Of a DNA stretch of 64,000 nt, positions 36,433 to 47,954 are shown in pieces; the first letter of the stretch is position 1, and every line of letters begins with the position of its first letter. Below the pieces are notes generated by a model. The model had not been told where the DNA came from and did no database searches. It worked only from the letters and a program-made list of their open reading frames with translations. Source of the stretch: Trypethelium eluteriae (Eukaryota); the NCBI GenBank assembly GCA_051942245.1, contig JAVECL010000048.1:1-64000 (forward strand). The letters run 5' to 3'. Position numbers and translations under genes: made by a program.

Positions 36433-37722
36433 TTACGAGGGCCTCCTCATTGCAACCCCTCCAGCCGGCGGCGACCATCCTTCCGGTTTCCTGAAGTCTC
36501 CGTACCGCGGGTGCACCCCCTTCTTGAAGGGCTTCCTCGGGTTCAGAGAGTGGAAGTCGGCGAGAAACTCAACACAGTCTGCAATGCTCTCGTATGGCTC
36601 CCAGGTGGTGTACTGAGGGGCACTAGAGCCTGCCCACTTTACCTGGTACCAAAGACTACGATCCGGATTGCGACGTGAATCGATGATCCTCTCCAGTAGC
36701 CACTTCTTCTCCCACACACCCTCCTCGTTCTGCTCCCAGAATACTCCGGGTTCAGCAGTACTAAGTGCTGGGTCTGAAGTATCACTGGAGGCATCGGAGC
36801 CATCGCTGCCAGAGCCCCATTCGTCATTCGTCTCGCCAAACCCTTGGGAGGTTTGACTGGCATCGTCACTGTCGTCTTCGGATTCGTCGTCGTCTTCGGA
36901 TTCGTCGGCATTACCGGGCGCTTGTAGAGCATCAGTATGTCGGGAGACAGTCAACGTTGCAGATCCGGATGACTCGGAGCCGTCATCTTCCACCATCTCG
37001 GTCTCGCCAACCTGCGCACTGCTGACACCAGAATCGTTACCTGACGCTTCGGAGGAGTAGTCGTCAGAACTATCTGGCTCGCAGTCAGGTATATTGAGGG
37101 GTTGTTTGGTGACCTCTTGATCTCTTTCTTGTGGCAAGAAGACAACTTCCTCAGCGAAGCGCACTCGAGGAGTGTGCCTCATATAAGCTGGAAAATCCAG
37201 AGTCACTGGTGTGCTAGGAAGCGAGAGCCCCTGATCTCCTAGTGCCTCCGATTCGAAATCGAAAGGCTCGGAGGATGGCTCTTCATTAAAAGGCTCAGCA
37301 TCACCAGAAGTCTCGCCAGTTGACATTAGTCTCCCCATATGGAAGCCGTCAAAATTAGCCGCATATGGAGTTTCAGGAATCGCACCACCCAACAAACTCT
37401 CTGAAGCGGATTTGGATGGCTCCCAGTCCATGTTCATAGCCATGTGATCATCGAGCGCTGCTCTCTCCCATGACAGTTGTTCTTCTGACGATCCAAAATC
37501 TAGCATAGATTCATCAATGAAAGAAAAGAAATCTTCGCCCGGCTGTCCATTTACTGGCGAGAGTCCCTCAGTTGGCAGGGTAGGCGAGGGCACCTGGAGA
37601 TGATATGCTTGAGGCGCATCGAGACTCGCGACGGGGACTCCTGAAGCTAAAAAGTTTCTTTCGTCTTCTGTCCAATCAATGAACCCGAAGTATCCGGTAC
37701 CAGGTCCCTTGAATGCATCCAT
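36433..37722 (-). CDS. Orphan acidic/disordered protein with C-terminal chromodomain (429 aa)
   Basis: Uninterrupted ORF; WLLERIIDSRR...LWYQVKWAG....TTWEPYESI...FLADFHSLNPRKP; TATATAAA at ~37865-37872 upstream of ATG 37722. Confidence 0.72.
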   Translation of the reverse strand: MDAFKGPGTGYFGFIDWTEDERNFLASGVPVASLDAPQAYHLQVPSPTLPTEGLSPVNGQPGEDFFSFIDESMLDFGSSEEQLSWERAALDDHMAMNMDWEPSKSASESLLGGAIPETPYAANFDGFHMGRLMSTGETSGDAEPFNEEPSSEPFDFESEALGDQGLSLPSTPVTLDFPAYMRHTPRVRFAEEVVFLPQERDQEVTKQPLNIPDCEPDSSDDYSSEASGNDSGVSSAQVGETEMVEDDGSESSGSATLTVSRHTDALQAPGNADESEDDDESEDDSDDASQTSQGFGETNDEWGSGSDGSDASSDTSDPALSTAEPGVFWEQNEEGVWEKKWLLERIIDSRRNPDRSLWYQVKWAGSSAPQYTTWEPYESIADCVEFLADFHSLNPRKPFKKGVHPRYGDFRKPEGWSPPAGGVAMRRPS

Positions 37723-40314
37723 TTCGAATATATTTAGTCGATGTAAGCTTCGCCGAAAGTCGTTAAAGCCGTAGAAGACTTTTCTGTTGGATGCAAATAG
37801 AGAGGACAAGATGCTGATAACGGATGGTGCTGTGAGGACCAGGCTGAGCAAATACGAGCGACCATTTATATACATACTGTGATAATTGCCTTGCAGTTGG
37901 GACCACAAAGCGTGAGTTTCCACGATGAGGGAAAACTACCTGACAATCGTGAACGTCTCCGATACAGGATCTATCTCTTTGTCGTGGTACGTTGTGACTT
38001 TCGACTGAAGGGCAAAACGCTACCTGCGATGTGACCTCAGAAGATTGCGCTGACCGTAGATCTGGGCAACGTCACATCCCGATCTCCAGGAAATCATTGT
38101 CAAAGTTTTTTGACAAGAGATACCCTAGTCGCGCCAGAGAGCGCCAGAAGGCCCATATAGACAGACTTGAGAAAATCTTGGGAGAGCAATGGCATGGTCC
38201 TCAAGATAGATCAACTTGAGGGCAAGTGGATCTTTTGATATTGCCATCTTTTCTGAATCTGCACCAAATGTCCTGTGGAGCACGCCGACGTTCTTTTCTT
38301 TCTTCTTTTTTTTTTTGGCAGACCCCACATTATGGCTCATTGTTTAACCTATGCAGCAAGATCTTAACGACGTCGATTCTTTGCGATATCCGTTGCCTCT
38401 CGCGGCCGTACTCATGTAGTCGCCCTGCGAGGCTCGATGTTCGCTTTGACTGGCGCGATCGTGTTGATCATCCTAGATTAGCTTGGAAGAAACTCAGCAT
38501 CCTGCCATCCATCAATCTGAATTGTCGTCGCTTTGTCTCGCTGACGATTCAATATCGCAGGGACGTCCCTAATTATTGTAGAAAGGCCCTCGTCAGGCAT
38601 GGACCCTTGAAGTACAGCATTAGATGATAATAGTAGTTGCTTCAGCACAAGGCTAGTGCACTTGAAACGAGTTCACAATGACGACTGATGAGCGAAAGAG
38701 GGATAGAGAAAGTGGAGAGTCAAAAATATTGAATATGACATTCGTAGGGCAGAAGAAGAATACGAGCAGAGACGGTCTTTTAATATGAGAATGGCGCTTT
38801 ATGAGGTCAATGAGCCAAAATGTCCAACATTCCCGTAAGAGAGCGTCGGGGGTGGCCATCGCCGCAGCAAACGATATGGAAGCGCTAATTTCTTTCAAGC
38901 TCTTTGATTCACCCACAACACCTTGCAACGGGCAAATGCAATAACACATAATTCCACCTGAGCCTTGCTAATATCTGTTGAAAGAAGAATGAAAAGTTCA
39001 CAGCCCTGGAATATTGACCGACTTGATCGGTGCTGTGACTTATCAAACTCTTCAGTGAGGCGTTTGCTCGCAAGGAAGGAAGGAACCTTACAAACTACAG
39101 GAAGGCTGAGTTTTTGACCAAGCGTCAAAAAACCGTGTCGGTAGTGTAGGATCAACTCAGTGAAAATTGTTCGATGCTGTCAGTGAACGATGATTTGGCT
39201 CGGAATGCGTAACGGGAAGAGCTTGCTACTATGAACGTCGGCGTTGCTGAGCACATCCGTAGTCTGGGCTGTCCTCTATGGTAAGCTGAACGAACAATCA
39301 AGATGATTAGTAGTCACCCTCGACTGCTTTCCAGGGTGTAATGATGCAGTCAGATGGCTGAGCAGAGGATTGAGGATCAATGGACGAACCAGACGGCCCG
39401 CTCCGTCTGCTTGAAAGGAATAAAAAGCAAGATTATCTGTCCTGTAGGCACAAATCAAGCAAATCCTCCGGCGGTAATCATCTTACATCCAAGGTCTCAT
39501 GTGTCGCACCTTGACGCAATTGTGGCACGCCGCAGCGGACAACAGAATGCTTGCACCAAGGCGCAGGCCGCAAGCTCGAACAAAGCTGGTGTTTCTTAGT
39601 GCATATGGATAGAGGGATTCTATACTTCTGACGTATGCCGATAGATGCTTGCATAGAGGCTTAAAGGCTTGATGAAGGCTCGTCAAAGCTGACACTGGAA
39701 GTCCGCCATTGAACACGTTGAGAGTGTCGAGCGGTTCTAGTGAGAAGTCATGTGCGTGCCGCCATTATATTACTACCTTTTCGACGAGGCGGCAGAACAT
39801 CAAGCCCGACCTGGGAGCTAGTCAGGGGGTCGCAGGCCAAAGTCAACTCTTGGGAGTTTATGGCGGAAGCACGGAGTCGTTCGATAGAATCTAAGAATAG
39901 GGCGTAGTGGGTTCTCCGTCCCAGCGGACCACGAATACCCTGGCGAGAAAGGGCATCGAACAAGCACATCCAACGTCTCAGGAGATGCATCGTGCTGGGG
40001 AGGATCAAACTGCTTTGATCTGATTGGAGCACAGGGTTTGCTCTGACAGCAGTTGTGAGCTCGTGGCTCAACGACGCGTCAGGGTTGGTCCACTGCGCCA
40101 GCACTTTTCTTTAATTACTCCATTCTACTTAGGGACATCCACACAGCTACATCTTTGATAGAGCTTTAGCCTTTGACTTATTCCGTGCTCAGAGTTGCGC
40201 TTACGCGAGTGTACGCTGCTCCGTTCTGGCCAGGCTTACCGTAATCGACGAAAGCCGTCTCAGCTGCATGCCCGGAATTCTCACCCGGAAATTGGACCCT
40301 CAGCCTCAGCAGTC

Positions 40315-42973
40315 ATGAGTGGTTACCAGCAACGTCGACCTCCTCCCAATTCAGGAGCTGCTTTTACGCCCAGTGGGTATGATGGCTACTATATGCCTCC
40401 AAAGTCTCCCGAGCTGGTATCGCCAGCTCCTCAACGGTGAGCACTCCACAGTGCAACAATGTCTTCGATTGCTATGCTACCTGGCTCTCATAATGGTGAC
40501 TGGCCGCTAATGAATCCCTCCCATAGCATAATGCCTGAAGTCCCCGGGCATATCCAAGATGGTATTGCGAATATGGAATTAGAATCTAGACACTCCCGAG
40601 TTTCCTCAATGTCTTCCCAACCCAGCCACGGCTACTCATCTCCTGGTCTCTCATCTGGTCCACAAACTCCAGTCCCGGGCCAAGGCCAATTCAATGGCAA
40701 CTCTTCAGTATGTTGCCCCGCACAATACGCTTCATTTCTCTCAAGGCGGATGAAGCTTCTTGAAATTTTATGCGACACTGCTGACCATTTGTTGCTTAAA
40801 CAGAATGACTTAGCGCACGACTATTCCCGCCTCCTCGTCACTCAACCAGACATGCCAACATTATCCCCTTTCCCAAAACTCCAGAATCCTCCACCAAATG
40901 TTCCTCCCTCTGACGAAGATCGAGAGGCCACGCTTGAAAGTGCGCGTGAGCCAGTCCTCAACTCGAATGACCCCGAAATGCAATTGACATGGGCAAATGA
41001 TGCATTGCAATTTGTGGATGCCTCCATCTTGCTAAAGGAGCGCATGATGCCGCTTGGGCAGGGAAGACCGCCCACTCCGCAGGTCGAGCATCAATTGCGC
41101 CTCGATGCCACGAACGTTGTGAACTTTCTTGCGGACCAACACCATCCCAAAGCCGAATTCATGCGCGGCATGTGGCTCGAATTTGGCAAATTTGGCTATC
41201 GCATTGACAAGCGAGAGGCTTTTCGGTGCTACTCAAGGGCATCTGACAGGGGCTATGCCAGGGCAGAATACAGAATCGGAATGCAGTACGAACAATCGAA
41301 TGATCCTGTGAAGGCGCTCATACATTATAACAAAGGGGTTGAGATGGGAGACTCAGCGTCGCATTATCGACTGGGAATGATGACTCTACTCGGTCAACAT
41401 GGCCAACCGCAAGACTTCAATCGAGGCGTCCAACTCATCCAGCACGCTGCAGAAACGGCAGACGAAAATTTCCCACAAGGCGCGTACGTCTATGGCATGC
41501 TTCTTGCCCGCGAACTTCCGCAAGTCAGCATACCCGAAACCTACCTACCATTCGATGAGAACGGCGCCCGTGTCAATATCGAGAAGGCGGCCTTCCTGGG
41601 ATTCGCCAAGGCTCAGGTAAAGATGGGCTCTGCCTATGAGCTATGTGCTCTCGGCTGTGACTTCAATCCGGCATATTCAATACATTACAATGCGTTGGCT
41701 TCGCGACAAGGAGAGCCAGATGCAGACATGGCAATCAGCAAATGGTTTCTCTGCGGCTATGAAGGGCTATTCCAAAAGAATGAGGAGCTGGCATATAATT
41801 ATGCCCAACGAGCAGCACTGGGAGGTCTCTCAACAGCAGAGTTTGCCCTGGGGTACTTCAATGAGATTGGCATGTACGTGCCGGTGAACCTCAATAAAGC
41901 TCTCGAATGGTATCGGAAGGCTGCAGATGACGGAAATCAAGATGCTATTTCTCGGATAGACAATGTCAACAACGCCAACACACTTTCGAAGCAAGACCAT
42001 GAGAATGTTGCAATTGGAAGGATAAAATCACAATACGGATCCAAGCGGGGACAGAGACCTGATAGATTCAAGCAGAAGAAACCAGAGCTCCCAACGATCA
42101 GTAGCGAGCCTACTGAATTTCCAGACTTTTCCCAAAGTGGGCAGCCTGGTGCTGTCCGGCCTCCAAGGACCTCATCCACCGCGCCCTATCCTTCAGATGA
42201 TAGGCCAGGCTCTGCCGCACCATATCCACTTGGTGACGGTCCTGGCCCAAGAGGTAGTCCGCCAGGTGGATATCTCAATCCTGATGCGCGCAATGCATCC
42301 TCGGCTCCACCTGGACGTCCGTACTCCGCCTTCAATATCAACGCAGATGGAAGACCTGGCTCTGCTATGACCCTTCCAGCACATCCCGCCGTAAACCGCC
42401 ATTCCAACATGGCTGGCGGAGCAGGCTCACCCAGACCTGGCGGAAGCTTTACTCCTCAAGGAGGGCGCATGCCACCTCCGACCCAGCGAGTCTCCTCCAG
42501 CGGCTCCTTACCCTCCAACGCCCGTCTCGACATTGGATACTCGGCACCGCCGGACCCCGGCAGAGGGCGGCTTCAAACACCACCCTCGCAAGGTGGATAT
42601 TCCGCGCCGCCCCGTGGTCGGTCTGCAGACCCGTCCCGTCCCAATCGCCAATCCCCTGTAAACCAGCAGCAACGGCCCGCTTCGGGACGTGACCCGAGAA
42701 CCAGCACCCCAATGTCTGGCGGATTGCAGACGTCTCACTCTTTCCCGCAACTGCCTGCGCATCCTGAACCGGGGAGCAAGGAGAGGCCGACAAAGAGGCC
42801 GGGACAGCAGGCTGGCGGTCCGCAGAAGCCCGCAGGGGGATTACCAGGCAAAGGGCCAAAGACTTTTGATGAAATGGGTGTTCCTCAGGTGAAGCAGAAG
42901 AGCGACTGCGTAAGTGATTTTGCAGCCATCTCTCAAATAAGCGCTTGCTGACATGCACTAGGTTGTTATGTAG
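40315..42973 (+). CDS. Chitin synthase activator (Chs4/Skt5-like SEL1-repeat protein) with CaaX
   Basis: SEL1 repeats (ARAEYRIG, AQVKMGSAYE, ADMAISKWFLCG, AEFALGYFNEIG, ALEWYRKAA); Pro-rich tail; GPKTFDEMGV; terminal exon 42962-42973 completes C|VVM*. Confidence 0.88.
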
Positions 42974-43874
42974 TATACATCGATTCTGTTTGCCCTTATA
43001 TCAAAAAATATTGAATGACGGCTGATGAGCGTGAAAGAGCTAAGGCGTTCGGTTCGCTGTTCTGAATGCATGAAAAAAGCGTAGGCATAATATCGAATCG
43101 CCTGCGGGCTTGCATAGTACAAGATCATTTGAGCGAGTCCTTTTTGTAGAGTTTCAGGTATTGAAATGAACTTGATCCAGCCATTAGAGGAGGGATTTTT
43201 TCTACATGCATTTTGATCTTGAGCACGTGGTTTTTCTGTGCCTCCTTACCTTGCTTGAGACCGAGGTGATCTAACTATCTCTTTCTTCGGGACATCTTCT
43301 CCCAACTCCAACGTCTCTCTCCGATGGGAGGTATGGGCGGTTGTGATGGAGGTGCATCCTGATTGGGTGGATGTTGAAGAGTTGAGGTCTGCGAGGTTCT
43401 CCATGCCCAGATCTTCGGTGGATGGACGCGATGTGCTGGACGGCTCGATCTTGAACATGATTGAAGACTAGTATATTGAAGTAGACTAAGGGTCGCCTAT
43501 ACCTCAAGGCCGTTGAAAGGCCATTCAAGCGTGGAGTTAGGTGTTATGGACGTGCAATGAATCTGGCGATCCGATCGAGTTCTCACTAACTCGCAACAGG
43601 ACCGGAGATATCTTTGCCATTTACTGCGTTGAATGCACATAACCTTGATGCTTGACCGGAGACTGCTTGGTATCTACAGGCGCTCGCGGCATGATGTTGG
43701 ATAATCAGAAATCCCCTACAGCTCCTGTTTATCTTCACTCAACCCTGCTCAGGCGCTGTACCGGCGTTGCTGTACCCGGCTCGTCCAATCCGTATATTTC
43801 CAAATATTATGCAAAGACTCCCCTCCCTCACCAAGCCCGTGAGAATATCCTGTGTTCTTCATCCAACAACACTT

Positions 43875-44216
43875 TCACATAACCGTACACCAACACCCTA
43901 CCTCCAGACCTCTCCTGCCCTTGGCTGGACCTCTCCCAAACTTTACCCCTCCTCCCGTCATCCGGATAATTCGGACCTCCTCCATGTTGTATTTCCCGCG
44001 GTAATCACACCTCGGACACTCATACGGTTTCGCCCAACGCAGCTTTGGTGCGGGAGCAACTTCCCTCGGTTTTGGCGCGTAGGGATCGGTGGGCGGGTTG
44101 AGAAGGGGGCAGGTGAGGAGGTTGGAAGGCTTTTCCTTGGAGATTTGGCAGCAATAGAGCAGAGTCAGCCAGGAATGACGGCAAGTCGGCGAGCGATTGT
44201 ATTGAGTGTAACACAT
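43875..44216 (-). CDS. Small fungal Cys-containing protein ending in CaaX (CWCTVM), 113 aa
   Basis: MCY...CRHSW...CC...LLTCP...CPRCD..Y....RII...GVKFGRGP...GLEVGCWCTVM*; intronless. Confidence 0.65.
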   Translation of the reverse strand: MCYTQYNRSPTCRHSWLTLLYCCQISKEKPSNLLTCPLLNPPTDPYAPKPREVAPAPKLRWAKPYECPRCDYRGKYNMEEVRIIRMTGGGVKFGRGPAKGRRGLEVGCWCTVM

Positions 44217-44966
44217 CGACAGAGAATGCGCGACGACTGTGTCCGTGAGGATGGAGATGGGGAGCACGAACGTTGCTGAGGCTATGGCGTGGAACTTGCA
44301 GTAATCTATCCTCTTGAGATATGGTCCGGTCGTCTCGTGTTCTTTGTAGGGAATCGTGAGAGCAATCGTTCATGTATAGTCATTGGAGGAAGCTTCCTCA
44401 GGAGAGTTATAGTATGTCAATTTTTGATTGATGGACAACTAGAGATCCATGACAGCATATTAGACATTTTCTTCAGTAACCTCGGGACAAACAACACCAG
44501 TGATCACCAGTCAGCCCAGGGAATAGTCATGGACCGAGCAAGTAGAAGCAACCAGATGTCATATTCACCGATTTCAAGGTTGTCTTGTGGTTCGTACTGT
44601 ACATGAACGGCAATCCCGAGATTTGCTCGAGGTGTCCTGCGGATTGAATCTGGAGGTCGAGAGGTTTCGTGAGCCACGAATACCCCTCCATCGCCTAAGC
44701 TTGCAGCCGAGAGTGACGTCGTTGGAGGGCACGGAGGGGTCGGGAGCCATGCACCTCAAAATATCGCAACTTTGACGGGCAGATGGTACCTATAGCCTTG
44801 CCGCGCTGATTAGAGCGAGGGATTAGAGTCCAGAGGCCCAAGTCCTAAGCTCCAAGTAGCGCTCGCGGTATACCTAGGGACAAAGGTATCCATCCGGCTG
44901 GCACTTTTTGAACCGACGATTGCGTGACGATGTGTTGGCGTCGTTATATCTTTTTTACTTGGTCGT

Positions 44967-45529
44967 TCATTGTTCGCCTTGATGTTCCGGGTCGTTCTCC
45001 TTGAGTTCTTTCTCTCGGATTGTTTGCATAAGTTCGTAGAGCTGACCAAGCTGTTGGTCTATGGCAATGCTTTCGCATCAGCATCGCAAGTTCACTCAGC
45101 CTTTCCACCACGGTATACGAAGAGCAACAACACTCACCACTCATTTTGTCGATTTTGCCTTTGTCCATTCTAGCATCACGCCAGGCATCTCCTTCTAATT
45201 GTTGGGCATAGCTTTGCCATTCCGTCAAGAAACCGATCTAAAGTAAATATTCTTGATTAGCCAATTCCTCCTGTGAGGACGAGGACTGTAGCTGTGAATG
45301 CATAAAAGCATACAATGTGAACCGGATTCTCTACATTTCTATGCGCTCTGAACTCGCTCTTTACGTACTCGTCACCTAAGAGGCGCATATTGCGAGGTAG
45401 CTTTCGATGGGACCGCAACACTCGTCTATACAAGGGAATCGGTGGCAGCAGCGCTACGGGTTCCGACTTTAGCAGGTTTGGAGTGGTCAATGGGGTATGG
45501 CTCGCAAGATGACGTAGTGAAGCTCGCAT
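44967..45529 (-). CDS. ACN9: Succinate dehydrogenase assembly factor 3 (Acn9/Sdh7, LYR family)
   Basis: LLPPIPLYRRVLRSHRKLP..MRLLGDEYVKSEFRAHR.VENPVHI|IGFLTEWQ.YAQQLEG...KMS|DQQLGQLYELM; 2 introns. Confidence 0.92.
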
Positions 45530-46022
45530 CTTGGGGGTTTGGACCTTGAACGGTGGTAATTGCAGGCGAAGAAAATTTATACACCCGAAGTCGGACAAGA
45601 CGAAAGCACCAAAGCTTCTATGATGATCTCATCTCATTGAGCAAGGCGCGCACGGCTCGGACCTTTGCCTGGCGCTAAATTACATAAGGCAGCTACGCTA
45701 AGTCCTTTTGTAGCTTGGTTCCTGCCGGTTCCCTGAATCCTCTACTGTGAGTACAATAGTACTGCGGGATCGCTGAGAGCTTCGCACACAGTCATTAACA
45801 GGCTAACACATTGGTGAACATCTCACACATCGTCAGACGGCGTGCAAGGTACATGTTCGGCCTGTTCCGGTGCCTTTGAAGGTCAGCTTAGACAGGCCAC
45901 GAGCACTTGCAGAGCTAGCAATAGGGTGTTGAATGGACAGACACTCGATTATCTTTCAACCAAACTCCAAACGACAGTGATATACGCACCGGACCCTACT
46001 GAACATAACCTAGCAGTACTAA

Positions 46023-47189
46023 CTAGTCTTTGAGATTTTCAGCAATATCCGGCTGATGCTTCTCCAATACCTGAAGAACCTCGGCCCAAGTCCTCGATTG
46101 AAGCTCATCCCATTTTGCCTTTGTCAGGTAAGGCTCTCTGCTGCAAAACGCATCGCTTTAGTGGATCATGACAGCAAGCTTCCAATTGACAATGCTTACT
46201 TCGAATATCCATCATTCATCCAAAATCTTCCATGTGCTTCACGGCCCTGAGCTGCGCTCGTAACCAGGGTTCGGCTCCCTTGCTCTGAAGACCTGGCAAT
46301 AAACATCTGCACTCCTGCAAAGACGGCCCTTATCCCGAATCCGAATTCCCGGCCAATATCGGTTCTACACATACCTGGAGTACTGACAACTATAACTGGG
46401 TCATTGCCGTCTTTGCTCTTTTCCATCTCCCTCACAATTCCTTCCTGAAAGAACATCAGAAGTGTTTTGGAGATGTGATATTGATGTTGCATATCAAAGT
46501 TTTCCTGCTTATTAAAGTGTTCCAGGACGGTTTCCTCGAGCCCAACTTTGATCCAGTCATCTCGAACGTCGAGGAATGCCTCGCTCCCAACTATGTTGAT
46601 AATGGAAGGAATACCCGTTGTCCTGGCCGTGTCACGCATCTTGGGAAGTAGGTCCAAAGCTAATTGAGCTGTTACAAGAAGGTTCACCTGAATTGTGCTC
46701 TCCCAGCCATCAGCACTCCGGCTATATGATGGTGCGGCAATGCCGGCGTTGAGTAGAGCAACATCGATTCGAGAGAAGGACCCTGAGATGTTCCGCGCGA
46801 AAGCTGCCACAGACGAAAATGAGTTGCAGTCTAGCTCGCGAAGGAGCACGGCATCGGAAGGAATAGATGTACGGGAAGTGATTATCGTCTTCGCCATCTC
46901 TCCTTTGGTAAGATTTCGCACGCCAAGGATCAGGTTCTCCGCCCCAAGTGAAGCAAATTTGACGGCGGCTTCAAGGCCCTAGCAGACATGGACGATACTT
47001 ATCAGCAAACCACGTAACTTGAGGGGCGTAGGGATAAAGAGCAAGAAATGAGACAGCTCTTACTAGGCCAGTATTCGCACCAGTGACTAACACGGTCTTG
47101 CCAGTGAAGGACGCCGTTGGTTCTCTTGGAGGATTCCTAGCATCACGGAAGTTTGCCAAGACACCACCTCTGCCTCTCTTGTTGGACAT
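46023..47189 (-). CDS. Short-chain dehydrogenase/reductase (retinol-DH/WWOX-like)
   Basis: GKTVLVTGANTGL|GLEAA, LDCNSFSSV, LLNAG, YHISK (YxxxK), PGMCRTDI, RSSEQGSRTLV; 2 introns. Confidence 0.88.
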
Positions 47190-47954
47190 CGTAGATTGTT
47201 TTTCTGGATTGGGCCGTTATCATACCGAAGATTTAGACGAAACAATAGAGTGGGAAATGAACTCCACAAGCTCACTGAGCGCCTTCTGAAAATGATATGG
47301 TGGATAGACTTCTATTATATACCCGTCTCCTAGACACTTGCCTCCGCCACTGTCAAAGCTTAATAACAAATTGCATTAGTAGCTGGGATTACTGGCGCCC
47401 GATTGCATTTCCCAAAAAAACGAATTCGAGCATAAGATCAGGCATCTAACGACCATCCATTCCTGTCACGTTCGGCCAATCATTTCTATTGTTTTCAGTC
47501 GAAATCCTATAATCGTTCATTACTGATAAGGTGTCGATGCTCCCAAGAAAGAACCAAAAATATGGGCAAAGCATAAGGTATCTTGAAGTTCACAACTCAA
47601 TTACTTGGATGCTACCGGATGCGGTTAGAGTAGGATAGAGCGGCCAGGAGGTAGGAAGAGAAAAGCGTCCCGTGCACTCCGTGCGCAACATCCGCCCGTG
47701 TCTCAGCGAGTCAAGCCATATCCGAATTTCTTCCTGTGGCACCATCACTTTGGGCGGAGTTCCGCAATCGAGTGGAATTCCGCAAACGGGCGATTTGCTT
47801 TCCCTTGTGCCGGCGAGCCTGAGCAAAGCTACATTACGAGGAAAAATCGATCCCGGATCTCGGAATCTTCCCACCCGGACACGAAAAGGTTCTTAGAATT
47901 CTATATGATTACGGCGATGATGCGGTCAGACAACGACTGAACGGGAGAGAGAGC

